Below are positions 10,201 through 18,400 of a DNA stretch of 64,000 nucleotides, one piece after another. Positions within the stretch are counted from its first letter, which is position 1, and every line of letters starts with the position of its first letter. The DNA comes from Eubacterium sp. (GTDB taxonomy: Bacteria; Bacillota; Clostridia; Lachnospirales; Lachnospiraceae): the NCBI GenBank assembly GCA_017477505.1, contig JAFUVQ010000015.1:86192-150191 (forward strand). The letters run 5' to 3'. The notes under the pieces are model-generated. The model was not told the DNA's origin. It saw nothing but the letters and a program-made list of their open reading frames with translations, and ran no database searches. Position numbers and translations under genes: made by a program.

Positions 10201-12476
10201 CGGTAACCTGGTCTGATGAAAGTATGGAGTATTACAAGACCAGAAAGGGCGGTACTTTTACACTTGAGGGAGATTTCAATGGATATCCTGTTGAGGCAAC
10301 TCTCATAGTAAAGCCTGCAACTATAGAGAAGGTTGAGCTTTCGTCCACAGAAATTACGACTCCATCCGGTACGGCACCTGAACTTCCTTATGCAACTATA
10401 ACCTGGTCAAATGGTGATGTTCAGGAAAATGTTAGGGTTACCTGGAATCAGGATGAGGTTGAAGCAATTGATTATCACAACAGAGTAGGTCATACATATA
10501 AGGTTCATGGAACTGTTTCCGATTTTGAGGGAAATAAAACAGATGTAGATGAAGTCGAGGTTACAGTTCTTGATGCATATGTTACAAAAGCAGAGATGGC
10601 AAGGGAAAGTGAGACTGTAGATGCAGGAATTGCTCCGTCTCATATTCCGGGAACAGCTAAGATCACATGGTCAAATGAGGATGAAACTGAGGAGGATATT
10701 CAGTGGGATTCCGACGATCTTGATAATATTGACTATATGGCGATTGAAGGCGGAACATTTGAAATTAACGGACTTGTAAAGGGAGAAGAACTTACATTTA
10801 CAGTATACGTAAATCCTGCAACAATCACTTCAGTAGAGCCGCTTCCGGATGTGACTCAGTTCACCGGTAAGAAACCTGTACTTGCTGAAAAGGCTACTGT
10901 AAACTGGAGCAACGGAAGTAACTTTGGAAAGCCTACCGAAGAAACAATCACCTGGGATGAGTATGATGAATCTCTTTATAAAACACCGGGAACCTTCACT
11001 GTAACAGGTACTGTATCAGATAGTGAGGGCACAACAACTGCCGTAGAGCAGACTGTTCTTATAAAGGATCCTGCTCTTACCGACCTTGAATGGATTACCG
11101 TGCCTGATAAGACTAAATACATGGTAGATGAAGATCTGTCGGTTGAAGGCGGAAAATTCAAAGCTGTATTTGATGATGAATCAGAAACAGAAGTTGAGCT
11201 TAAGGCTGATATGGTCAGAGGATTTGATTCATCTGAAGAGCAGACAAAGCAGAGACTTGAAGTAACATATTCATTTACTTCTAATAACGGAACTGAAGAT
11301 GTAACGGTTACAAAGACACTTGTTTACTTTGTAGATATTATTCAGAGAGTAGCGGAAGAGATAAAGCTTACGCCTCCTACTGTAACAGAATATCCGAGAG
11401 GCACTGACATGAATCTTGATGGAGGAAGTCTCTATATCAAGTTTAATGATGGTGAGGAAGTGACGGCCGATCTTTCAGATCTTACGATCACAGGTTATAA
11501 TTCAAATGAGCTCGGAGAACAGACTGTAACGGTTAAGTATACGGATCCTCTGACAAAGGCTGTTTATGAAGAGTCATTTACAGTAACTGTAAGATATGAA
11601 AAACTTATAAAGGTAGAACTTGTAAAATCTCCGGATAAAGATACGTATTATCTTACTGAAAAGGTTGACTTTACAGGCGGAATTCTTTTCTACACATACG
11701 ACAACAATACTTATGAGCAGATAAATATGGAGGATATGCACATAAATGGTGAATATACTCTGTATGAGGGAACAAATAAGCTGTTCCTTATATGTCATGG
11801 TAAGAATGGAAACGGGGATGTAGAGGTTCATATACCTATAGTCGGATTATGGCCGTTTAATGATGTAAAGCCTACCGACCGGCTTGCCCCCAATATTGTA
11901 TATGCCTATGATAAGGGCATCATAGGAGGCTTTACACCTCTTGATGCTAACGGACATACATATTATAAGCCCGAGAAGAATGTAACACGTGCACAGTTTG
12001 CAGTAATGGTTTATAATATGGCAGGAAAACCGGAATTTGATACCACTCCATATGAGGATGGAACACTTTCGGGCTTTAAGGATGTTGCTCCGGGAAGCAC
12101 AGGATATAAGGAAATACTCTGGGCAAGCAGCAATGGTATCATAAGCGGTTTTAATAACGGTACATTTAAACCTAAGAATACAGTTTCAAGGGCACAGATA
12201 GCTATAATGCTTAAGAAGTATGCAGACTTCAGAGATTACAGAGACAAGTATGCAGATCTCGATACTTCATCGGATGATTATAAGGACGTTAAAGAATCAT
12301 TTGCTGATTCAACGATAGTAGCAGCAATGAATCCGGCTCAGATTGAATGCCTGCAGTGGGCAGTTGATAACGGAATACTGTCCGGAACCAACAAGGGAAT
12401 CCAGCCTAAGGGAACTGCAAGAAGAGATCAGTGTGCAGCATTCTTCGCGAGATTCTATGAGAAGTTTGAAGAGTAA
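7272..12476 (+). CDS. Giant multidomain surface protein: GH5 cellulase + CAP/SCP domain + Big_2 + Big_4-like and Big_3-like Ig repeats + 3 SLH repeats
   Basis: ATG 7272 (RBS AAGGAAGG) gives the signal peptide MKRIVSLLITICMIIGLVAAGNPGVMA. GH5 motifs are RGASLHGIQW, NAIRLPAY, DWHV, the acid/base Glu in FEIANEP (GAG 8271-8273) and the nucleophile Glu in FCTEFG (GAA 8541-8543). The CAP-like stretch reads YLAKLNEVRREAYEEG..PLKWSNELEQIAAIRAAE..GHYISIITPDNKYVGAS. A Big_2-like segment reads ITWSSSEPSVADIDEDGLLTAHKVGDTIV. Four V/ITW(S)N...D/EW repeats are Big_4-like and three PDKTxY...GG.L/F...VTY repeats are Big_3-like. The C-terminus has SLH repeats (WPFNDVKPT..VTRAQFAVMVYNMA etc.). Confidence 0.85.
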   Translation: MKRIVSLLITICMIIGLVAAGNPGVMAYTAGISSAGVYAATTTDAAEDGLFKEAPDNLADSGVTADITANESDYWSEYSIVITNNSGSDIKKWTIKAYCPDVKIEEVYSNNSVVLNYESPYLFISSNENNGNVANGSDNSAYQVKFGSSNRLNLSNDSIEEVTFTKASSSATYECNYTLTGEVKDLAANATPYGMHGKLKVAGTKIQDKNNKDFQLRGASLHGIQWDVGYNYINKGAFQSLRDEWGINAIRLPAYVTQGGYTAGSAAAMDTRIQNAVEIATELGMYVLIDWHVHSDTGLKTNPNTWKAEAETFFEKYSSMYKDYGNVLFEIANEPVDTPWYDGSGNDLYSYSTYITDVIRNNCDNIVICGTNTWSQDVEKVAEKPLTQENVMYTIHFYSATHKGEIRNKVKTAISAGTPVFCTEFGVCSSDGNGSYDLDEADEWMSLFDENGISYFCWQLSNKNEKASYLVPGCTKTNGGWTNEDLSQTGMWLINTNRPKADIDVPEENPDDPVYDPIPDNPLKADNILDTPTNNTEGNIIIGVNGSYYAAEYLAKLNEVRREAYEEGLVDPSDPEHERHLSLADYVPLKWSNELEQIAAIRAAEACIKKGHMRPNVYTNTFALSVNGISSQNEIIAFNDDPIHGIKNDSDSDDPGSWYYEKKFYIEGDYSTTGHYISIITPDNKYVGASTFLSDNTSGDYGSYMSIDAEFSTRNLNTSATVTGLDGQYIQKLEVDAKGIQDLSIAGYPGLMYPGNRTYLKCEATLYFVSEFNFKETTYNCPVFSNITWSSSEPSVADIDEDGLLTAHKVGDTIVTCHLKAGTVEKTIERRVHVAAEGVTVESVEDPEEITIEAGGKPLLPATVTAVLSDGTEIQADVEWNETDSNRNQYHSQNIYAHSTTIAGESLGFDVNQKVNVKACVPTKAYFYDFDKKELAETVTITTESGVKPDYPKIFRFSCKAGMSHFYTSYNQYSGWPVTWSDESMEYYKTRKGGTFTLEGDFNGYPVEATLIVKPATIEKVELSSTEITTPSGTAPELPYATITWSNGDVQENVRVTWNQDEVEAIDYHNRVGHTYKVHGTVSDFEGNKTDVDEVEVTVLDAYVTKAEMARESETVDAGIAPSHIPGTAKITWSNEDETEEDIQWDSDDLDNIDYMAIEGGTFEINGLVKGEELTFTVYVNPATITSVEPLPDVTQFTGKKPVLAEKATVNWSNGSNFGKPTEETITWDEYDESLYKTPGTFTVTGTVSDSEGTTTAVEQTVLIKDPALTDLEWITVPDKTKYMVDEDLSVEGGKFKAVFDDESETEVELKADMVRGFDSSEEQTKQRLEVTYSFTSNNGTEDVTVTKTLVYFVDIIQRVAEEIKLTPPTVTEYPRGTDMNLDGGSLYIKFNDGEEVTADLSDLTITGYNSNELGEQTVTVKYTDPLTKAVYEESFTVTVRYEKLIKVELVKSPDKDTYYLTEKVDFTGGILFYTYDNNTYEQINMEDMHINGEYTLYEGTNKLFLICHGKNGNGDVEVHIPIVGLWPFNDVKPTDRLAPNIVYAYDKGIIGGFTPLDANGHTYYKPEKNVTRAQFAVMVYNMAGKPEFDTTPYEDGTLSGFKDVAPGSTGYKEILWASSNGIISGFNNGTFKPKNTVSRAQIAIMLKKYADFRDYRDKYADLDTSSDDYKDVKESFADSTIVAAMNPAQIECLQWAVDNGILSGTNKGIQPKGTARRDQCAAFFARFYEKFEE

Positions 12477-12507
12477 GATATAAGTCATATGTATGAAAGG
12501 AGACAAA

Positions 12508-13740
12508 ATGGGAACAGATAATCAGGGTGATTTCGATGATATAGAGAGGACTACGGTCATCTTTGATCAGTCACCGTATTCTATAGCTAACCAGACCGGA
12601 CAAGGAGTTCAGTTCAATCAGCAGGGTCAGCAGCCGAACGGCGGCTGGGCACCTGCAGGGCAGCAGGCGCCGTTCGGAGGTCAGGGAGCAGGGCAGCAGG
12701 CGCCGTTCGGAGGTCAGGGAGCAGGGCAGCAGGCACAGTTTGGAGGCCAGGGAGCAGGCCAGCAGCCACAGTTCGGAGGCCAGGGCGTAGGGCAGCAACC
12801 ACAGTTCGGAGGTCAGGGCGCAGGCCAGCCGATGTATACATATAGTAATAACGGCGGAGCATACGGAGGTCCTCAGGCATCACAGCCCGGTACAGGCAGG
12901 ACCGAACAGCCGCCTTACGGCGGGGGCGGAGCTTCTCCACAGGAGCCTCCAAAGAAGAAATCCCATGCAGGACTTATCATTGGAATTATAGCAGGAGTAT
13001 TGGTTCTTATAGGACTTATAGTCGGTGGAATAATATTCGCATTTAAGAGTGTTTTAAAGAAGGCTGAAGAAGCTCTTTCAACAGAAACGACAACTGTTGC
13101 AACAGGAACTACCGAAAAAGATACCGAAGAAAATACAACTGAAGCAACTACAGAAGAAGACACCACTGAAGAAAAGACAACAGAATCTACAACCGAAGAA
13201 GATACCACAGAAGAAGATACAACTGAGGCAACAACAGAGGGTGATTCCACAACACCTACCATAGTAGGTGCGGACAACGGTGAATTTGAAGTGGACTATC
13301 CGGGTACCTATCAGTATGCTCTTGATACACAGAGGCTGGGAGATGACGTTCTTGGATATATAGATGTTCCTTCATCGTGGGTTCTTTTCAAGGAAGCAGG
13401 AAACACCTGGAACAATACACTTGCACATCAGCAGTATGCATATGGCATGATGGATGTCATTACCCATGTCACCTATGACAAAAATATGACAAATGAAGAG
13501 CTTAAGGGCTTCGCTGACGGTCTTGCCGGTTCCCTTAACAACGGAAAGGTTCAGTCTGCAAGATTCGGTGACAATACAGGATATCTTGTAACATCTGTTT
13601 ATAATGACGGAACAACTCTTAGAGTATTTGTATTTGTTGATGTCAATAAACATGTTCAGTATCTTGCTGTTGAAGGACTGGATGATGAATACAGCGATGT
13701 CTACAGACTCGTATACCAGAATTATTCACATACAAAATAA
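12508..13740 (+). CDS. Single-pass membrane protein with a Gln/Gly-repeat N-terminus, a Thr/Glu-rich linker and an unknown C-terminal domain
   Basis: ATG 12508 sits 5-6 nt after AAAGGAGA. The N-terminus repeats (A/V)GQQ(A/P)(P/Q)FGGQG. The TM segment is GLIIGIIAGVLVLIGLIVGGIIFAF. A TTE/EED-rich linker follows, then a ~165-aa domain with no motif I recognise. The gene lies 32 nt after the GH5 gene and is followed by a terminator. Confidence 0.7.
   Translation: MGTDNQGDFDDIERTTVIFDQSPYSIANQTGQGVQFNQQGQQPNGGWAPAGQQAPFGGQGAGQQAPFGGQGAGQQAQFGGQGAGQQPQFGGQGVGQQPQFGGQGAGQPMYTYSNNGGAYGGPQASQPGTGRTEQPPYGGGGASPQEPPKKKSHAGLIIGIIAGVLVLIGLIVGGIIFAFKSVLKKAEEALSTETTTVATGTTEKDTEENTTEATTEEDTTEEKTTESTTEEDTTEEDTTEATTEGDSTTPTIVGADNGEFEVDYPGTYQYALDTQRLGDDVLGYIDVPSSWVLFKEAGNTWNNTLAHQQYAYGMMDVITHVTYDKNMTNEELKGFADGLAGSLNNGKVQSARFGDNTGYLVTSVYNDGTTLRVFVFVDVNKHVQYLAVEGLDDEYSDVYRLVYQNYSHTK
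12655..12831 (+). repeat. In-frame 33-bp tandem repeat, 5.4 copies
   Basis: The unit is GCAGGGCAGCAGGCGCCGTTCGGAGGTCAGGGA. Copies 1 and 2 (12655-12687 and 12688-12720) are identical, and copies 3-5 diverge progressively. Confidence 0.95.
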
Positions 13741-13753
13741 TAATTATTAATCA

Positions 13754-13790
13754 AAGCACTCCATCGGTACCCGCCGTCGGAGTGCTTTTT
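13754..13790 (+). terminator. Rho-independent terminator
   Basis: AAGCACTCC ... GGAGTGCTT stem followed by a T-run, 14 nt after the stop codon. Confidence 0.8.
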
Positions 13791-13938
13791 GTTGTGCGCC
13801 TTATCAGATCATTTTGTCTGTTCCCGGCGGTAAGAAAACTGGTTCGATGACTTGGGTATTTGATAGACTTTTAGCTGTTTGTATGTTATGATTTTTAACA
13901 GTAGATTCCGGATCAGATACAGCTTGGGGGTAATTCGG

Positions 13939-15369
13939 ATGGAGAAGGAAAAAATACTGTATCAAAATGAGATTGATGCTAACAGGATGATGGCTATCAT
14001 CTTGAATATTACTATTTTAGTCATAGGACTAACATGGATTCTGTTTGAATATGATGTCTATTATGCCCGTGTCAGTGTACGTCCGTTGTTGCTCAGCAAT
14101 ATTATTATAATGGCTGTAGCGGACGCAGTCAGTAGATTCTATAAATATGATAAACCATGGATTAAATATATGATGATGGCGGTTCTTGTTTTAGTATATG
14201 CCGGAACCAACGCCGTACTCACATACAATGCTACGTTGTTCATGGTGATTCCGATAATGCTTTCTGTCAGATATTTTAATAGGAAGTATACGATTATCAT
14301 CGCTGCTTTGACTGTAATCATTTTCTTTGCTGCTCATCTGTATGGAGCAAATCATGGAATGCTGGATCTCAATTTTGTTCAGTACCCGGAAGGAACACAG
14401 ATCACCATACCCGATACCATGTGGATTGATGATGCTGTAGACTATGATGGTTATGACAAGGGTCTGATGATCTATAATACCATTATATATAACTATTTAA
14501 TTAAGTTTCTGCAATTTATTATAATAGCTGTTATCTCTGTAATGCTTGTAGCTATATGCCAGTATATTATTCGTAAGCAGAAAGAACTGTCCGAGCATTC
14601 AGCCAGACTCAGTACGGAGCTTTCACTGGCTGAGAAGATTCAGGCAGATATGCTTCCTAATATTTTTCCCGCTTTCCCTGACAGAAAAGAATTTGATCTG
14701 TATGCCTCGATGAACCCTGCAAAGGAAGTCGGCGGCGATTTCTATGACTTTTTTATGGTTGATGATGATCATCTTGCTCTTGTGATAGCGGATGTATCCG
14801 GAAAAGGTATTCCGGCAGCCATGTTCATGATGTTCAGTAAGAATATCGTGGCCAATAATGCAATGCTTGGCAAATCGCCGGCCAAGGCGCTTGAAGATGC
14901 AAACAATGCCATCTGCAAGAATAACCGCGAGGAAATGTTTGTGACAGTTTGGCTGGGTATACTGGAAATATCTACGGGACATCTGATTGCGGCAAATGCG
15001 GGGCATGAATATCCTGCATTATATACTCCGGGAGTTGGATTTGAGCTTTATAAAGATAAGCATGGACTTGTGGTTGGCGGAATGGAAGGCCTTAAGTATA
15101 AAGATTATGAGTTACAGCTAAAACCGGGGTCAAAGATTTTTATATATACGGACGGTGTTCCGGAAGCAACAAATATCGAGGAAGAATTGTTTGGAGTGGA
15201 TCGGATGGTAGAGGCACTGAATGTAATGTCTGAATCTGAACCTAAAGAAATCATTTCAGGCGTCAGATGTGCCGTAGATGATTATGTAAAAGAAGCCGAG
15301 CAGTTTGATGATCTTACAATGCTTTGTCTTGAGTATAAGGGAAAGGAGTACGAAGATGGCAGCAATTAA
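13939..15369 (+). CDS. Polytopic membrane PP2C/SpoIIE-family serine phosphatase
   Basis: ATG 13939 follows GGGGG. The N-terminal half has multiple TM segments. The C-terminal half has SpoIIE/RsbU motifs: LAEKIQADMLP, NPAKEVGGDFYDFF, LALVIADVSGKGIPAAMFM, IFIYTDGVPEA and QFDDLTMLCLEY. Confidence 0.85.
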   Translation: MEKEKILYQNEIDANRMMAIILNITILVIGLTWILFEYDVYYARVSVRPLLLSNIIIMAVADAVSRFYKYDKPWIKYMMMAVLVLVYAGTNAVLTYNATLFMVIPIMLSVRYFNRKYTIIIAALTVIIFFAAHLYGANHGMLDLNFVQYPEGTQITIPDTMWIDDAVDYDGYDKGLMIYNTIIYNYLIKFLQFIIIAVISVMLVAICQYIIRKQKELSEHSARLSTELSLAEKIQADMLPNIFPAFPDRKEFDLYASMNPAKEVGGDFYDFFMVDDDHLALVIADVSGKGIPAAMFMMFSKNIVANNAMLGKSPAKALEDANNAICKNNREEMFVTVWLGILEISTGHLIAANAGHEYPALYTPGVGFELYKDKHGLVVGGMEGLKYKDYELQLKPGSKIFIYTDGVPEATNIEEELFGVDRMVEALNVMSESEPKEIISGVRCAVDDYVKEAEQFDDLTMLCLEYKGKEYEDGSN

Positions 15370-15772
15370 TGAAATCGTAATAGATGCAAATACAGATAAA
15401 CTTGATGAGGTGATAGAGTTTGTGGATTCTCATCTGGAAGAGTATGATTGTTCCATGAAAACTCAGATGCAGATTGATATTGCAGTAGAAGAGGTTTTTG
15501 TGAATATAGCACACTATGCCTATAATACTGATATCGGAAAAGCAACCATAAGAGTTGAGATTTCAGGTGATCCCATTGTCATTAAGATAACCTTCCTTGA
15601 CAATGGAAAGCCATACGATCCTCTGGCAAAGGAAGATCCGGATGTGACACTTTCTGCTGAAGACAGGCAGATCGGTGGACTGGGTATCTTTATGACTAAG
15701 AAGAGTATGGATAATATTCAATATGAATACAAAAATGGCCAGAACATTCTGACCATTGAAAAGAATCTGTAG
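15356..15772 (+). CDS. HATPase_c_2 anti-sigma-factor-type Ser/Thr kinase (RsbW/SpoIIAB-like)
   Basis: ATG 15356 overlaps the phosphatase stop by 14 nt. N-box EEVFVNIAHYA, G1 LDNGKPYDP and G2 GGLGIFMTKK are present. Length is 138 aa. Confidence 0.75.
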   Translation: MAAINEIVIDANTDKLDEVIEFVDSHLEEYDCSMKTQMQIDIAVEEVFVNIAHYAYNTDIGKATIRVEISGDPIVIKITFLDNGKPYDPLAKEDPDVTLSAEDRQIGGLGIFMTKKSMDNIQYEYKNGQNILTIEKNL

Positions 15773-15777
15773 ATTCA

Positions 15778-16893
15778 TTATGACGTGATCTCATCAATAA
15801 CCTTACGCCAGGATGATTTCCAGAGTTCAATATTAAAACCGGTTTTTACGGTATTATACCCGTTTTGGGCAAGCTTTTTTCTAAGGGCTGCATCGTTAAG
15901 AAGACTAACGATTGCAGCCTTTATTTCATTTCTGTCAGGAGAAACTATGAGCCCGTTATGACCGTCAAGTATGATGTTTGAAAGACCGCCTATATCAGTG
16001 GAAACCACTGCACAGCCTGCGGCCATGGCTTCGAGAACAGAAAGACTGGTTCCTTCGGACCACATGGTAGGAACTACGGCGATATTCTTATCCCTGTGCA
16101 TCGCCATGGCATCCATGCTCTCATAACTGGTAAGGTGTACCCGGGATGATGAGGCAAGTTTCTGTTCTATATACTGTTTGCAGGGCCCTGTTCCTGCAAT
16201 GGTGATCTCAAGCTCGGGAAATTCATCAAGCAGTTCGGATGCTATATCGGCAAAAACATCTGCACCTCTCTGTTTCATAAGTCTTCTCGCAAAAATGATA
16301 TGAGGCTTTTCGGGTTTTTCATATATCTCATCAGGAACCATAGTGAAATTCGGAATGATATGAAAACGTGTATCCGGATAAGATACGAAGGTTCTGTACC
16401 AGTTGACGAAATTGTAATCAACACATACAACAAGCTTAGTCTTATCAAGATCTTTGATAGTCTTGTAGGCTTTCAGAGACTTTGCCAGAACCCTTCTTTT
16501 ATTTCTCTCATGACTGAAGTCAAAATGTCTGGGAGTATCAAAACCTATACCGTGCTGTATAGTAAGAGAGCGTTTGAAAGAGTTGGGCTGAACATTATTT
16601 GAAGCAACAAAGAACAGAATATCCTTGTCCGGATCGGCATTCTTTGTCCCTTCCCTGAAGAGATTTTTATTTCTTTTTTCTCTGGTGCTGTAGTCAACAG
16701 CATGTCCGTAAACCTTAATACCCTGATAATCATTTACAAAATCAGTATCGGACACCTGGTGAAGTTCTGCTTCATGTCCCATCTCCTTAATGAGCGGCAG
16801 CAGATTCTTCAGATATGTCTCTACGCCGCCTACAGCAAAACCCTTGCCATCCTTAGTATAAAAATTCTCATACAAAGCCACAAACCTGCTCAT
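15778..16893 (-). CDS. Glycosyltransferase family 4, paralogue of 6077-7234
   Basis: It is collinear with the + strand GT4 over its whole length (MSRFVALYENFYTKDGKGFAVGGVETYLKNLLPLIKEMGHEAELHQ vs MSRIITVYENFYKPDGSELAIGGVETYLKNLFPIMQELGHEVELHQ; also PTMWSEGTSLSVLEAMAAGCAVVSTDIGG). By eye about half the positions are identical. Confidence 0.85.
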   Translation of the reverse strand: MSRFVALYENFYTKDGKGFAVGGVETYLKNLLPLIKEMGHEAELHQVSDTDFVNDYQGIKVYGHAVDYSTREKRNKNLFREGTKNADPDKDILFFVASNNVQPNSFKRSLTIQHGIGFDTPRHFDFSHERNKRRVLAKSLKAYKTIKDLDKTKLVVCVDYNFVNWYRTFVSYPDTRFHIIPNFTMVPDEIYEKPEKPHIIFARRLMKQRGADVFADIASELLDEFPELEITIAGTGPCKQYIEQKLASSSRVHLTSYESMDAMAMHRDKNIAVVPTMWSEGTSLSVLEAMAAGCAVVSTDIGGLSNIILDGHNGLIVSPDRNEIKAAIVSLLNDAALRKKLAQNGYNTVKTGFNIELWKSSWRKVIDEITS

Positions 16894-16947
16894 AACTTCC
16901 TCACAAGACCTAAAAATATAAAACTACGGAATCATTCCACAGCCCAC

Positions 16948-16956
16948 AGTATACCA
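16948..16956 (-). promoter_or_regulatory. Candidate extended -10 (TGGTATACT) for the minus-strand GT4
   Basis: The minus strand reads TGgTATACT about 55 nt upstream of the ATG at 16893. No convincing -35 was found. Confidence 0.35.
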
Positions 16957-17119
16957 CATTCCAAAATAGTAGAAAAGAGTAGTAATAATAGCATTTTTGA
17001 CTGAAATATGATACATTATCTATGTATGCCGGTGGACTCGCAGCTATGGTTCAGCAGGCTAAAAATGATTTGCTTCATCGGCCAAAACAAACAGATTTCA
17101 GAGTAGGTACGCACCTGAA

Positions 17120-18379
17120 GTGCGTATGAATCGTCGGAAAAACGTAAAGGTAACCGGTATGTCAGGACATAACAAAAAAGAAGATAAGGCACTTTTATAT
17201 CACCTGTTCAGGATGGTTTCAGTGGGCGTCGTTGACGAACCGGTAAACCAGGCCTATGACATCGTCAGTACGGGTGCCCTGATCCTCAATCTTATAGTTA
17301 CAATTCTGAATACATATTCATACCTGTCAGGCAGGTTTGGCACGGTATTCTCTGTTATTGAGAAGGTTACTGTTGCCTTATTTGCAATAGACTATGTACT
17401 CCGTGTCATTACGGCACGTTATCTTTACCCGGATGTATCAGTTCCAAAGGCAACTTTTAAATATTTAATCTCATTTACAGGTGTTATCGATCTTTTGTCA
17501 TTCCTTCCGTTTTATCTGCCTGTTTTCTTCCCGGCGGGGGCAGCAGCCTTCAGGATGTTCAGGGTTGCAAGAATACTTCGCCTGTTCCGGATAAATGAAT
17601 ACTTTGACTCTCTCAATGTTATCACAGAGGTCATCGTCAGCAAGAAGCAGCAGCTTCTTTCATCAGTATTCATAATCGTGGTTCTGATGGTGGCATCAAG
17701 TCTCTGTATGTACAGTGTCGAGAATCCTGTTCAGCCTGAGGTTTTCAGTAATGCCTTTTCAGGAATATGGTGGTCGGCTTCGACACTTCTTACTGTCGGC
17801 TACGGAGACATATATCCCATAACCGTAATGGGTAAGATACTCGGAATCCTTATAGCATTTCTCGGGGTAGGAGTTGTAGCTATTCCTACAGGTATCATTT
17901 CCGCCGGTTTCGTAGAGCAGTACACAAGGCTGAAGCGGATGGGCGATTACGCTATGGAAGAAGATATACATTTCATACAGCTTGAAATATCTGAGGGTGA
18001 CAGCTGGAATGGCAGGAGCATCAAGGATCTGGGGCTTCCAAAGGGGGCTATAGTTGCTGTTATACAGCGTGGTGATGGTATCGTTATTCCAAAAGGAAAT
18101 GTGACGCTTAATTCCGGAGACAAGATTATTATCGCCGCCAAGTCCATGGACGATGACAGTCCGGTTGAACTTAAAGAGATAGTACTGAAAAAGGATCATG
18201 AATGGAATGATACAGCCATCAAGGATCTGGATATCTCAAGACAGAGCTTTATAGTTTTGGTTAACAGGGGCGGAGATGTAATGCTGCCGAAGGGAAGCAT
18301 GATACTAAGGGAAAATGATAAGGTTTTGTTTTATCATAAGTCTTCAAGTAAAAATGAGAGAGGGGCTGCCATAGATTAA
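17120..18379 (+). CDS. Voltage-sensor-type K+ channel with two C-terminal RCK_C (TrkA_C) domains
   Basis: Selectivity filter TLLTVGYGDIYP. S4-like segment FRMFRVARILRLFRINEYF. Two RCK_C repeats are present (IQLEISEGDSWNGRSIKDLGLPKGAIVAVIQRGD.. and LKKDHEWNDTAIKDLDISRQSFIVLVNRGG..). The start is ambiguous: GTG 17120, ATG 17126 or ATG 17159. Confidence 0.85.
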   Translation: MRMNRRKNVKVTGMSGHNKKEDKALLYHLFRMVSVGVVDEPVNQAYDIVSTGALILNLIVTILNTYSYLSGRFGTVFSVIEKVTVALFAIDYVLRVITARYLYPDVSVPKATFKYLISFTGVIDLLSFLPFYLPVFFPAGAAAFRMFRVARILRLFRINEYFDSLNVITEVIVSKKQQLLSSVFIIVVLMVASSLCMYSVENPVQPEVFSNAFSGIWWSASTLLTVGYGDIYPITVMGKILGILIAFLGVGVVAIPTGIISAGFVEQYTRLKRMGDYAMEEDIHFIQLEISEGDSWNGRSIKDLGLPKGAIVAVIQRGDGIVIPKGNVTLNSGDKIIIAAKSMDDDSPVELKEIVLKKDHEWNDTAIKDLDISRQSFIVLVNRGGDVMLPKGSMILRENDKVLFYHKSSSKNERGAAID

Positions 18380-18400
18380 GCTCCATACAGGATATAGGAT

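Noticed and set aside
12655-12831. Regularly spaced 33-bp repeats that could superficially resemble a CRISPR array
   Set aside because: The units are directly adjacent with no spacers. They lie in frame inside a well-supported CDS and encode the AGQQAPFGGQG peptide repeat. No cas genes are present in the window.
17020-17127. Possible c-di-AMP (ydaO/kimA-type) or other riboswitch in the ~100-nt leader of the K+ channel gene
   Set aside because: I could not find the conserved ydaO core elements or a pseudo-twofold architecture. The only feature is a short hairpin (ACGCAC-CTGAA-GTGCGT) overlapping the GTG at 17120, which mainly argues for a downstream start codon. A covariance-model scan would settle it.
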